Made by a program: the position numbers and the translations under genes. 64,000 bases of DNA from Azolla caroliniana (Eukaryota; Plantae; Polypodiophyta). Below, one piece after another: positions 1 to 13,805 of this stretch (positions are counted from its first letter, which is position 1; every line of letters begins with the position of its first letter). The notes under the pieces were generated by a model. The model had not been told where the DNA came from. It saw nothing but the letters and a program-made list of their open reading frames with translations, and did no database searches. Where the stretch lies: contig JBHGNT010000128.1 of assembly GCA_043228905.1 (NCBI GenBank), positions 1 through 64,000 of the forward strand, written 5' to 3'.

Positions 1-396
1 AGATGTTTTTCAATTGCATTTGCATCTTTTGGAGAAAGCGGCTAAATTAAGTCTTGTTTTGGATGAAATCTCACCCAGAATTAGGTATCTCTAGGTGAGG
101 AGCAATGCTTGTAGCATCAAGTGGTATCCATGTATGACATATGTCTGCTAAAAGTCCTCTACTTGAGGTAGTCATAAGTGGTGGGAACATGTCTCATCCC
201 AGACTTACTTGTGGACTTATACATGAACTTCACCAGATTAGAGTAATGGTTATGTGATGGTGGACAAACCCCTCTCTAGATGTTAGTTTTGAAGACCAAG
301 CGAATATAGTTCTCTATGGAGGATCACAAGATAGATAATAAATTAGGATGTGTGTATCTAAAGCAAAAGTAAAGGTGCTAGACACAGTATTATATA

Positions 397-434
397 TCCC
401 ACATATAAAGACATGTTTGGGTATCGCCTATAAC
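397..434 (+). promoter_or_regulatory. snRNA promoter of U2: USE TCCCACATAT + TATAAC
   Basis: USE 397-406, 22-bp gap, TATA from 429 (-32 from the U2 start). Confidence 0.9.
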
Positions 435-460
435 AAGCAAAGGAGGGCAATGGGGAAATC

Positions 461-664
461 ATACCTTTCTCGGCCTTTTGGCTAAGATCAAGTGTAGTAT
501 CTGTTCTTATCAGTTTAATATCTGATACGTGGCCTATCAGGCCACATGATATTAACCTAATTTCTTTCATGGGGGCAGCTCCTGCCCGAGACAGCTTGCT
601 GCCTCTGGGAGCTGCGTGCGTCGCCTCAGTCTTGCACTGCCTCTGAGGTAATACAGGCGCGCCC
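461..664 (+). ncRNA. U2: U2 snRNA gene (block type A)
   Basis: Starts ATACCTTTCTCGGCCTTTTGGCTAAGATCAAGTGTAGTATCTGTTC (plant U2 5' end with branch-point recognition GTAGTA); TTGCAC loop in the 3' stem-loop; USE at 397-406, TATA at 429. 3' end approximate. Confidence 0.97.
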
Positions 665-1534
665 CCCCCCTTTCAAACTACAATTCTAAAAGAATCGTAT
701 ACTGTAAGATATAGCGGGCTCTTCAATTTTAAAGGGAAAATGCAACAGACTGAATTGGCCCATGCCTCTTCGATTTCATCAATCTTAAGAAACACTAGTT
801 TACAGGAAAGCTGCGGCTCTGTTGATCCTGATATTATATTATATTTCATTGACCACAAACCACAATCCGTAGGAACAGATAGGAAGTTAAATGGATGCCC
901 AGCAACACCACATTATAGACAGGATCTGACGAATGTGCCACATGTAGAGCAGGATATATGCTTGGCGGCGAGCGGAAGGGCCGACAGATTTATATTACAT
1001 CTGACCAACTTGGCCCATGGCTCACAGCAGAGACAAAACGTAGTTTTGCGATTATTGATCATTGTTATATATATTTACATACCTTAGAGGAGGGTTTCTT
1101 AAGACAGTTTTTTATTGGATGCCTTGGACAGATTTCAACCACGTTCGGAATTAAGTTACGGACGAAGTGAGTAGAAGACACCATGCATCAGACGAAAGTA
1201 TAGTGACTGACATATATATATATGGGGGAGTTAGATGAGATGGACACACAAACGTCGTTATGCATATACATACATGGAGGTGCACATGGAAAAAGGATGT
1301 TAGGATGAGAGAGGCTGACAGATACATGAAAATATTAAGATCTGACAACCTTGCCTCATACCATTTCCTGCTCGTGGCTCACACGGCAAAAGTGAACTAG
1401 ACTTGAAATCACTCATTTTATATGCAATAACAAACTACCACATAAACAGTAATTTAGTGAATCATATTCTAGGTTTGTAGATTGTCTAAATGTACAGTCT
1501 GTTAAATTAAACATTTTACATTCAATTGAGAAGG

Positions 1535-1695
1535 GGGCCGCGCGAACGCGAGCCCCCGCTGCCACAAATTATGACGTGCACTCTCCCACAATGGGGAGAT
1601 GCTAGAGCAAACAGCCCCTCCGATAGTGCAATGGAGGCGCCGGCTCTAAGCCATCGGCCTTGCTGATCACCGATAGACCCCGCCCAGGTAAGTAT
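1535..1695 (-). ncRNA. U1: U1 snRNA gene (block type A)
   Basis: Minus strand ATACTTACCTGG 5' end, CATTGCAC U1A loop, Sm site AATTTGTG; USE TCCCACATAC 1759-1750, TATA from 1727. Confidence 0.97.
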
Positions 1696-4600
1696 GTTCT
1701 ACCTTCCCTAAGCGCCTTCATTTTATAGACAACTCACTTTGTTGCCTTTGTATGTGGGACAATTCTAATCTAATCTTTCACAATGCTGTTCATTGTATTT
1801 ATTCTCACTATGACGATACGCACACTCCTTCCTGAATCCTTACTAACTAACCATCCCATTCCCCCTCCTATACATATGTATGTACACAATCAATCTAGGG
1901 TGCACCTCACTATTATTTCAGGGTGTGTGCCTCTAACCTTGCCCCGTACTTACTTAGCCCCTTCACGTCTCACATCATTGGACCTTGGTTCCTATCTATA
2001 TATGTATATAGAGATATCACACCTCATATACACCCAACTCACCTCAATTTTCCTTTTTATACAATATGTTACCTGCAATGATTGGAGACCAAGGTTGTGA
2101 CGTACAAACCAAACACTAATGGCGAGGGTTACAAAAGTTGTTGAGTATCGTAGGAAGGAAACACCAATATATTATGCACATACAACCAAACACCCTTGCA
2201 CTCCATGACCACCATTTGCGAGATGTGATCCCCCCATCGACTTATAAAGGAACACGGTTGAGAAGGCATTTGTGTTGCAACAGTTGCCAACAAGTTGCGA
2301 GCTTTGGAAGAAAGGGAAGAGGAAGTGCAACGGATGAGCATGCCAAAATGAAAAACTCTAGGTTCATAAAACTGCTTGAAATGTAGTGATGTGGTGGATC
2401 TCGACCAAATGTCTCCTTTGTCAAATCTTCAATCAATAAATACGGTATTGAAACACATCTATGTAAGGTTAAGGCTATTCTTGAAGCCCAAGGCCAAGAA
2501 ATGTTGAGTAGGCTTGCAAGGCAAATCCTACCACTCTATTGAAGACTTCAATGACATGGACATTGGTTGGGTAAAAAGCATATCCAAGACTAATGCGCGT
2601 GTTCTTTAAAGCATTAAAGGATCAACCACTATACTAGAATAAAGGGTTCCATGTTTTTGCGAGACGCATCCAATATGGTAGTGAAAATCATACTTGTGTA
2701 GCCATATGATCTGATGTGGTATTGGCCAACATACTACTGAAAAATGTTGTCGAAATTGCTTGCCAATAACAGTTTAGTTTGTGAACCAAACCACGAAACC
2801 ATGGCTTAACAGTTAAAATGATTTGGTTCAAGTTCAAGTTTTTGTAATCAGTTCGGATTGGGGGGTCAACACTTCAATTTTAGCCTTTATCAACTTAATG
2901 GTTTCTAGTATAAACGGTTTGACAATTTAGGGTCGATACTTGATTATTTTCTTGAATATTGCTTTCACCAACCTTTTCATTTTTAGGCCTAATTTTCGCA
3001 TTTTAGGAAAAATATTTAAAATTTTGAAATGTTGAAAGTTTTGAATTTAAACCGAACTTGAAGACCGAAACCAAACCGCGAAAATGTGGTTTGAAAATCT
3101 CTAAAACCATTTGGTTTGAGTTTGGATTTTTTGTAACAATTCAGTTTGAACTATTTGGGTTTAAACGTTTGTTAGGTGAAAGCAAGTAGGCAATGTTGCC
3201 TCAATGTTACTTGAATGTATGTTGGCTCTAACAATTTTCTTTTTAGCTTCCTTACCAAAAAGTTGTCCTATCAAGAAGATCATATTAGAGCCAATAGAGA
3301 CAATTGGAACGGTTTTATTTTGAGCTTCCTATGAGGTAGCCAGACAACCCACCGTTTTTAGTGTACGAGCAACAAACAATTGTGCCAATGCAATTTTTAG
3401 TACCTAGACTACATATCGATGAAGGGGCTTAAAAAATGAAGGGCCTAAACCCTAAAGCTTGTGCATTCCCATCTCTGACCATTCTTTCACATAATCCATG
3501 AGCATGGCTAACCAACCTAACCTAACCTAAACCGAAGTAGACAATGGAAAATATAAAAAATTGTGGCATTATTACACACATACCAAAATTTGATTGTAAA
3601 AAATGAGTGCATGTCCCCTAGGACCCACGGTAGCATATATTTGGAAGATATAGGAGCCAACTATACATTAGGGTTTGGAAGACATGTCCTAATGTATCCA
3701 AACCACTTCCTGAAAATTCAACTTGATGAGTAGAATTGCCCTTCACACATGTCAAGCCATGACCCACAAAATAACCTGTATTAATAAGCCAGATTATGAA
3801 CATTCCAAATTTTATAAGAGAATGTCATGATTAGACATAACAAACCCTAAAGGAATTCTCAGAGTAGAAACCTAAACAAACGAGATTGGATTCGATTTAC
3901 ATAAGAATTTGGATTTGGGAGCAAGGAGCAGGAAAGAGATAGAAGATGCTAAGGATCTGTATAGGTAACAAGTTAATACGACCTGCAACATTGGGTTAAT
4001 TAAAGAGCCAGTTCATAGATCAGCAGTCATTAATACGCTTGGAAAGAATTAAACACAGAGAATGTGGATTAAAGCCTTGTTTAGGACATTTACCTGATGT
4101 ACTTACTATTTATTGGCAGGGGCGCTATGCTGCTGATAAAGAACACAGAAAGCAGTGACTTTCTAACTGGGAGTATGTAACACAGCTTTATTCGTCCTTG
4201 AGAGCTTTTTTCTTTGTTCTGTTTCTCTTCTTGGTAGTAAGTAATCAATGGAGTCTACTCGAGGTTCAGACAGACCTAACCTTCTTCTCTTTCTCCTTAT
4301 AGACTGCCTATGCATCACCAAATTCCTTCCCAAATCCCTTCATCTCTTCGCAGAGCTTCAAAGGTCTGAGATAGTGCAGAAAGCATGAGAAGCTTCTGAA
4401 GGAACATTGAAAGATTCTAGCTTTTTACTGAAAGGGTACTAATTCATAGTTGATGGTTTGTTAGTGTTTCCCGTATACAAAAATGCAGGAAAAATGTTAG
4501 TGTTGTTAGGAAAAATGCAGGAAAAATGTTAGTGTTGTTAGGAAAAATGCAGGATTTCTTAGTGTTTCCCGTATACAAAACCCAGTTACACTTACTGACA

Positions 4601-7377
4601 ATCTGGTATAATTCAAAATCACCAGTTTCATTCCATCAATTCTCTCATTTCTTTCCTTTCCTTTCCATTCCATTCTTCTTATATATCTCATTTCTTTCCT
4701 TTTACTTTCCTTTCATTCTTTTGATAGCTGATCCAGATTGAAGGTCTTTGCATACATGTTTACCTACACATTCCCCATTGCTACCTTGTGGAAATTAGCA
4801 TTCTTCTCACTCAAATTCATTCTATTAATCCATCTCGTTCCGTTCCATTCCATTTTTAGAGTAATACATACATTACTTTAGTGACCCTCATTTTTCACCA
4901 TACATTACTTCTTGTTTGGTGCTCTACATGTGAACATATATGTATCAAGGGAATGTATGCGTCGAGTAGAAATGCAGAAACATTCTACTAAATCTTTACT
5001 AATTTCCTACTTCATCTCATGACTCTCTTACATTCTCTCACAATCTCCAAATGGTGAATAAGAGACTCATCTGATTAGTTTGCATATGGTATGCGTTGTC
5101 AAACAAGAACAAAGAAGCACAATATGAGAAGAATGTTATTCGAATGATCCCCTCTTTCAATTATATACCATTTTGAATCCTATAGAGAAGATATATTAGA
5201 CAATGTATCCTACCATGGAAGCAATGAGCATGCATATAGTTGATTTGGCCAACAATTTATCAATGTTGAGCCCATTAATTCATCGTTATTTGGTTTCTAA
5301 ATATTTGCCAATTCATACCCTAAATCTGGAAGCGTAATCAAGTAGAAGCATGCAATCACACAAATATAAAACCCCCAACTTTATATGAGGCTCAAAATTA
5401 TGAGATTTGGAATACTGTTAGAGGAAATTAAAAATGACGGATGGACCACGTTCTGGCAAACACTAGAAATGGTGGAGGCCTCGAGAACAAGAACTGAGCA
5501 CTTCTCTACATATGGGCTAAGGATCTGTCGTAAGGGGATGAGTATGTTGCTTGGGCTATTTTAGTTAGTAATGTGTGTGAAGTACCGAGATGTTATGGAA
5601 GGCATCGAGGTTTGTGATGAATCAAATGATACACTTACATTCTGTTTTGACAAAAAGATGCAACAATTTGCCCAATCTGTGGACAAATTATTCAGATTTA
5701 ATGAAAATTCAATCCTTTTTTATCAAACAATTATGGTTCCAAAAAGAGTTATTGGTAGGTTGTTTCATTGACATTGTTGTGTTTTTTATCATATCAGGCA
5801 CGCTCTTAATGACATTTTTTGGGTATACATAACATGAAACAATCTCCCTGAACCTGAGGACTGAGGTTCGATTTTGAAAGACTGAATAGGCTTGACATTA
5901 TTAGTTTGGATGCTTCAAGTAGAGTAGATATGGCAAAAATCTACACCAGAATAAGAAGAAGAGTTAAGTATGATGAACCTATGAGAGAGAGAGAGAGAGA
6001 GATGGTAGATCTTCCAGGATTTGATAGGAAAAAGGTGCAACAAATTTTTGAGCTAAACTTCTTTTTACCCCCTTTCATTGGGCATCTGTTATATATTCTT
6101 TGATTTAAGACATCAGGCTAAGGACGCAAACAGTGTCATTAGATTTAACTGGAAAGTGATGCAGGACACCAGATCCTCTTATGCAATAAATATATGAACC
6201 CTAGCAAACAAACAAGATGTTATGTGCAAAGCACAATATGATTCTGTTAGACAATGTAAATGCACATGACAGTCATTCTCTTTGCTGGCAAATGCAGTGA
6301 TGAATTAGCCATCATAGATCACTTCTGTAATTAAGCAAAAGCTATAAACTATGGCCCCTTAACCAAAAGAGATTTGGTAGCTATAATAAGGCCCTCTTTA
6401 GTTGGATAAGAATCATTGCAACATCGAGAGATGAATTGAAGAAGAAACAGGCAACAAGGGAATGGTTTAATGGAAAGAGATAAGGAGAGTCACCGTAATA
6501 ATAAGTGGCTAACAGTAATGGCAAGTACATGAAATTCGTTACCCCAAAATCCAAATCCAAAAAATTACATTGTTTCATGACAAAATTACATTGAACCAAA
6601 TTGAAATTATGTTCCAAATATTCAAAAACAACAATATTCATCAATAAAAATCAGATTTCTAATTCTTTCTCTATTTCATACAGAAGTCATGTAATCGCAT
6701 TTCCCAGCTGTTGGAAAAGAAACACAAATTTGTTCAATTTACAATGTTGGGAAACTACTGCTACATTTTGAAATTTATGTTACAATTATATATTGATAAA
6801 ACCTGCTTTACGGTATGTAAGAACCTTTGCACCTAGTGATATAATCTGGGAGCAATTAGAGTGGTTGTGGGGATCTGTTTATATAATCATCGAGTGATTA
6901 CTAGAGTGATTGTGGGGGCTGCGCTTTCAACGCTACCAAATGTCTATAGTAATGTCCGTGCATGTGGCATTGGCCTGCCTACTATATATTAAGATACCAA
7001 CCTAACCCAAGGCAGATGACAGTAAATTTCAGAATCAGTACACACCTAACAATCATCCAAATGCACAGATCTACCTGCGCGACTTGAGATGTTTCTTTTG
7101 TTTGAGGTATGTAGAAACGCTCCGATCTACCTGAGCGAATTGAGATACTACATACACAACAATGGAAACGAGATCATATCCCACAATAACTCAGACACTT
7201 GTTCACACAAGGGACAGATACAGATAAAATCAGCTAGAGTATAACAGAAATCAGCATCCATATCATTTATTTGGCAAGAACAGCATCAAAAGACTTATTA
7301 TCTAGCATCACAACGGAACAATCACCACAGCTACTCACATTGTTCCTATCATTCATCATTTTTCATTAGGATTTTCA

Positions 7378-7536
7378 GAGGCCCAGTCCTCCGGAGAGGA
7401 GCAAGGGCCTTTGCAAAAATTCTCCGGGGCTCCTTTAGCAGGAGCCGGGGAGGGGGGTTGGAAATAGTTTTCAACCAGCAATTGACGCGTCTCGGGAAGC
7501 CCTCACTAACTGCGTCATTGCCCCAAGCGCAAAGAT
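7378..7536 (-). ncRNA. U4: U4 snRNA gene
   Basis: Minus strand ATCTTTGCGCTTGGGGCAATGACGCAG...TTGCTGGTTGAAAACTATTTCC (plant U4 hallmarks), Sm site AATTTTTG, terminal hairpin; USE TCCCACATAG 7601-7592, TATAAA from 7569. Confidence 0.95.
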
Positions 7537-9187
7537 GAAGATAAACAGACAAGCCCCTCGCCATTTATAGCCATAGCCTTCCCCTGCCTTTCTATGTGGG
7601 ACGCCCAAATATTGCCTGCTAGACTCAGCCACAGACCTAACCATTCCATATTCCATACTCAGATGTCCCATGGCACATAGATAAAGAGAAAGAAAGAAAG
7701 ATACATTAACGTCTTTTCTAACACCAAATTATGGCCCTAGAGAGAATCCTCAACGTGAATTGGGATATTTTGCCTCATCAAAATAAAACCCAAATGACCC
7801 ACCCATATATGCCCATATGATACCTTCCATATGCATGTCCATTTACATTTGAACATGCAAAAGATATAAGGACGTGTCGAAAGCACTCAAGTATAGAAGA
7901 ATGGAGATCCTTCAAAAAGGAATAATTCCCTCTATTGTGGAGAGCATCAAGATTAGCATTAGACAATAATGCAAGTCAAAGAAAACAATATTGAGGCAAG
8001 AACGCTTGGAGCATTTGTATTGTCTGGGTAGTATAACTTGAAAAATCGTCGATGATTATTGATTACCAATTAATAATGAATTAACACAAGAGCATTTGGC
8101 AAGTATGGGCAAAAAACTTGGCTAATTAAAGACTAAAGATGAGTATATAATAATAATCTTGGAAGAATTAAGCATGGAGAATGAGTTAATAAGAGGATAT
8201 GTTATAAAAGCATGGTGTTTTCATTCAAAATAAAAGGCTAGTTTATATAAGAATATTCATTAATAAGAAAGATTAATTAAACACAAATAATGAATTAATT
8301 ATTGACTAAGATGTTTACTTGAAATGCACAATTGAGAGTAACTACTTTCAAGCATGACATTCGACACATGATAATATTTGTTTGTCCTTCGGAGCTTCTT
8401 ATGTCTTCACGTTTTTTTTCTTTGTTGTAATAAAAAAAGCCTACTTGAGATCCATAAAGAGCAACATATAATAGGAAGTAGAACCATCACAAACAAATAC
8501 AATTACACCCAAAATCAAACAAAAGAAATGAAAGTAAACCCTAAATGAAACAGAATTGAGCTTGTGGCCATGTTTGGAATGTCAAAAGCAATCTACTACT
8601 TGATTAGGAGGCAAAGGTGATTTCATGCAAGTTATTTTAGATACAAACCAAGACTACAACATAAGGATTGCACAATACACCAAAAAAAATTATGTGAAAA
8701 ATATTTTTAAGGGGGATAGAAAACCACGAAACAAATTCTAGAAACGAATCACAATCAGTAAATAAAATGGAGTGCATCAATGTCCTTGTCTATATAAAAC
8801 TCAAATGTTATATAAAATGAATAAATTTTCCTCTAATTCTTAAAGCCAACAAAGTAAAAGGTACCACAAAAAACGCATTCCATGCAACTCCTAATAATGG
8901 TGTATCGTGACCAGGAAAGATACAGGACATGAGAACGTAATAGTTTATGTGTTAGAGTACATTGTGTGATTGATTTAATGTTAAAACAATGTGGCTTTTA
9001 TGAATAGACTTGTAGGCATCATGATATGCATAAAGAGGTGCAAAGTGTCATTCAATCATCTATCAGTGTGTTACGTTGATTACATGCCTATATATCAGCA
9101 GATTTTGCCTCCACTCAGATATTGTTGGCCGAGGGGTTCTATTAGTCGTATACCCTAATAGTAGTGAACCGTGCAAGAGTTGTTGCC

Positions 9188-9538
9188 AATCGCGCTCGAG
9201 TTGTTAGCCATGCAAATCCTAGCCTCATGAACCCTCACTCTCAACTAACTACGACAAACCTAATTAAGAAGTTAGCCTAAACCTTAAGCAAGCTTAAATA
9301 TTAAGTAAGTACACATACATCTGAAGTCACAAAATGACACAATAGTACTCAACCTAACTTGACAATCACGCTCGAGTTGTTAGCCATGCAAACCCTAGCC
9401 TCATGAACCCTCACTCTCACCTAACTACGACAAACCTAATTAAGAAGTTAACCTAAACCTTAAGCAAACTTAAATATTAAGTAAGTACACACACATCTAA
9501 AGTCACAAAATGACACAATAGTACTCAACCTAACTTGA
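9188..9538. repeat. 176-bp local tandem duplication (two copies)
   Basis: CTCGAGTTGTTAGCCATGCAA at 9195 and 9371; only one copy at the paralogous site near 52755. Confidence 0.85.
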
Positions 9539-12500
9539 TTAAGAAGGGAAGTCACACACCAGAAACAAAAGAGGCGTGATTAACGTTCAACTAATTAGCA
9601 CTTAATGTTAATCAGACAATTCACAAAGCGAAGGTTGTCAAGGTTGGAGAAGAAGGGGCAATTGTTGAAGAGGGTGTTAGAAGATGGGAAGTGATGCATT
9701 GAAGGTAGTGATGGGTTAATTGTTGTGGGGGGAAGGGGATGGATGGATGGAGTGAGGAGGTTGGTGTTTGTGATCGAGCAACCGTGAGCACTAGAGGTGT
9801 TGTATGTTGAGGTAGGGGAGAATAGTGAGAGTTTGGTTAAATGTGCGTTGATCATGGAGGATTTCATCACCTCAAAGTCTTGTTTGAAGGATGAGGAAAG
9901 ATTGAGCATGTGGTGCTTAATACAATGTTTATTAAGGTTGAAAGTGAGGCTCCAACTAGGTTAGTCATAAGTGCGGAGGTGTTGAGGGTCAAATGGAGAG
10001 GCAAAGTGAAGGCAACACCAAGAACTGAGAGGTTGTATGGGTGTCTAGGTCGGGATCCCAATGAGAATGTTGATGAGCTCCATCTTGACTCAAATCATCC
10101 GAAATGATTTGTTGATGGTAGCACAAGTGTGATGAAAGTGGATGGAGTGCAACATTATTGAGTGAAGGTGATTGGGCAACCAACACTCACTTAGGGGGTG
10201 AAGATAGTGAACAAAGATCTTACATATGTGTGATTTGGTATTTGCAAACCATAGTTGGTTAGGTGGGGGTTAAACGTATTGTTCAAATAGTGTAGTCATC
10301 TAGGGCGTCACTCACTTCCCATCTTACCCATTTCCAATGAACCCTGATCTCACGTTGTGCATTAGTTCTTTTAGAGTCTCACATGGAACTTTGCTCGATT
10401 TTGTAGTGGTGTTCATTGCATATTTAGCCATACAACTCCATTTTAGTCCTTTCCCATCTTCTCTCCTCTTGAATCTCTCCCTCCACTTTTGTTCTTACTA
10501 ATCATCCTACTTGTCAAAAAATGAAGGCTTGGATATTTAATTATAGTGGCACATAATGAGGTGCCAACTTGTAACTTGTATGTCCCCGACAATTTGCCTT
10601 TTCATTCACTTTTAAATGTCTCTTCACCCCCACCCCTTCACATTTGGTTTTGCAATATAGTGCTTTGGCCTTCTATCATGGGTTGCACCTTTGTCCACTT
10701 GTGGGCCTTAGTTAGTTACTTCCTAGAAGCCACTTGAGAGCTTTTTTTGGGGAACCATTGCACCTTTGACATTCTGGCCAAACCAAAATGTTTCTATATG
10801 TTTTGTAGGTTAGAGGTTGCCACTTTAGCTCATTGTAATTTGTTATAAATTATAGTTGGTGTTATAGATTGTGCGAGTTCAAGGTCAGATCTTAGGACCG
10901 GGGTCAATAGTTTGTTTGATATGGTCGTTTGAAGTCTCAACTAAGCTTTCCATTGAAGATCATTGATGGTCGAAATTGCATGGTCCCTTGACGCAATCAT
11001 GCACCTACTCTCATGACAACAAATTTGTCCCAAAAGACATTATTGCTTTGAGACTTCCGCAAGCAATAACTATAGATGAACAATGGTTTGTCTTGTAGGC
11101 ATTTTTACTAGGTAGAAAGAAAAACATGAGGCAATATGTTGGCTTCCACAAGTAGCAACTGTACACGAATAACGGTTTGTCCTATGGCCATTTTTATTAG
11201 GAGGGAGAAGAAAAACATGAGGCAATATGTCTAATGTCAAAGGGAAAGTAAGGTTTCTAATATTAGCTAGTTGCGGTATATTTTTAACAAACTTTTGTTG
11301 GTAAAGTTGGGGAGGTCTTGTTTACATGCACTTGCTTTTGTGACCTATGCTATTATATAGGGACCTTCTCCCACAAGTTTGAGTTTCTCCTTATGACACT
11401 TCGAGGAGAACACAAGGGTTATGTACCTTTCCTCTAACTTAGTCTTTGTCCTTGATCTTGTTATTGAACTAGACTTTACTTCTTGGATGACTATTTGTAG
11501 ATTAGATATGACGAACTCCATTGGCACAATGGTGTCTTGCTCATAGACTAGCCAAAATGGTGTGTCATGTGCCTACTTGATAGGAAGTTCAAAAACAAAA
11601 TAGTGCCACATGTATCTATTGGCTATAATATGATCTTGATAATGATGACTATTTTTGTAAGGACACTAAAAAATATATTCTCAGAGCTATCTCTCCACTT
11701 GGCCATGACATCTATGGTGGTAGGGGGAGCTCATTCAATGCTTGCTTAAGGCGAATGATGACATCATTAAGGTGATGAGAACATCCATCGCTTCCAAACC
11801 TCTAGATCACATTCACATTCTCATATAGGAATTTGGTTCGACAATATTACAAGCACAGTGTGGTGGGATCTACCCTTCAATCTTGCTAAGTGCACAAATT
11901 TGTTCAAGGAATCAATTCCATGCTTACAACATTTGCTGGTGCTAGGGTGTCGAGGATAACCTTAACCTTGTATGGTTGCGTTTCGTGAAGTTTTGGCAAA
12001 GGAGCCATCTAGTTCAAATAATTAAAGTACGTTCAAGTGAGTTGTGTTTCTATATATTTTTCTTGATGTAATACCATTAGGTTCAAATATTCGTCAATTG
12101 CACTGAACACCATTAAATTGCCAAGAAATATTGCAAAATTTTTAGAAACAAGTCCAAGTCATTGTCCTACTATTGGCAATTCTTTGTGGGACAAACAAAT
12201 CCCGTTCCTTAATCATGTATGGGAATCGCATGAGTGGCACATCTGGTTGCTGTCTAGGGAGTGCAAAGGTATCTGGTTGTACGTGCATAATGCATCGGTG
12301 TTCCCTTCTCATGCTATTGTACAACTCTTGTAACCATCACCATCAATGTCTAGTTGATACGTTAGAACCTTGGTCTCCAATAACTGTATTTAGCATACAT
12401 ATGTATAAAAAGGAAAATCGAGGTGAGTTGGGTGTGTATGAGGTGTGATATTTCTATATACATATAGATAGGAACCAAGATCCAAGAAGTGAAGTGGCTA

Positions 12501-12761
12501 AGTACCGAGCGAGGTTGATAGATTGTACACGCACGCACTCACCCACCCACAAATAATAATGGGGTATTATAGATTGATTGTGTACAAGAGGAGGGAATGG
12601 GATGGTTGGTTAGTAGGAAGGAGTGTGCGTGTCGTCATAGTGAGAAATTAGAATAAATACAAGAAACACAGCATTGTGAAAGATTCGATTCGAATTATCC
12701 CACATAGAGAGGCGACATAGTGAGTTGTCTATAAAAAGAAGGCGCTTAGGAGAGGTAGAAC

Positions 12762-12922
12762 ATACTTACCTGGGCGGGGTCGATCGGTGATCAGCAAGGC
12801 CGATGGCTTAGGGCCGGCGCCTCCATTGCACGATCGGAGGGGCTGTTCGCCCTAGCATCTCCCCAAGCGGGAGAGTGCACGTCATAATTTGTGGCAGCGG
12901 GGGCTCGCGTTCGCGCGGCCCC
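12762..12922 (+). ncRNA. U1: U1 snRNA gene (block type B)
   Basis: ATACTTACCTGG start, CATTGCAC loop, AATTTGTGG Sm site; USE 12698-12707, TATAAAA from 12730. Confidence 0.97.
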
Positions 12923-13805
12923 CTTTCTCAATTCAAATTAATGTAACACAGCAATACCAGACATACTCTATCATAAGAATAGTTGGTCGATCAAACCATC
13001 TCTACTATATTTCTGGAAAGCAAACCTGTTTTTATGGTGCATGGCTTCATTATAATCCGCCTCCTATCCTATCGTGCTCATTGAATCTCTGCAAAAGCAT
13101 TTACAGTATGCGGTCAATTAGCCATATAGAAATATTTTTATTAAAACCTGTAAGCCATGATTTCACTAAATCACTGTTCTCAATGCGGAATGCTATATAA
13201 CAAGTGTGGGATTTCAAGTCTAGTTCTCACTTTTGCCGTGTGAGCCACGAGCAGGAAATGGTATGAAATAGTAGAGGCATGAGCCAAGGTTGTCAGATCT
13301 AATATATATGAGTCACTAGTCTACTTTCCTCTGATGTATGGCTGGCGTCTTCTCCTTAACTCCGAACGTGGTTCAAATCTGTGTCTTAAAGCGTCCAATA
13401 ATGTCCAAGAAAAACGGATCCTCTACGGTATGTAATAAGAACTATCAATAATAGCAAAAATTGCGTTTTGTTACCTCTTGTGAGCCAGGAATGGAATGAA
13501 GTCGAAGAGGTATGTGCCAATTCGGTCAGATGCATAAATCTGTTGGCCCAAGCGTATATCCTGGTTCCATGTGCACATCTATTGAACGGTTTGTTGTTTG
13601 TATGCCATAAATTATTAGTCGCATTTTCGATTTAAATTGAAGAGTGCGCATTATACGATTCTACGTCACGACGCGCATGGTTCTACGATTCTACGAATGG
13701 ACGTTCACCGGGCGTTGAAAGCCTTCCGTTCTAGTACCTAAAGAAATGTGGGAAAAGATAGATGCATTTATCTAGAACGTTCATCCGCGTGACATCGTCC
13801 TTTAG

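Larger units (their letters stand above)
1..13682 (+). repeat. Segmental duplication, copy 1 (paralog at 44045-58017)
   Basis: Position 1 matches 44045 (offset 44044); colinear U2-U1-U4-U1 order with scattered SNPs and indels. Confidence 0.95.

Noticed and set aside
358-570. 70-aa ORF (…LIRTDTTLDLSQKAEKG…) and its copy at 44402
   Set aside because: It is the antisense translation of the U2 snRNA gene, not a protein.
2770-3170. MITE-like segment rich in AAACC/GGTTT motifs
   Set aside because: Could not define terminal inverted repeats or a target-site duplication by eye.
9590-11800. Possible decayed LINE or DNA-transposon coding remnants (e.g. ITIDEQWF near 11065, WCLAHRLA near 11529)
   Set aside because: Only isolated short motifs among many stops; cannot assign a family without a profile search.
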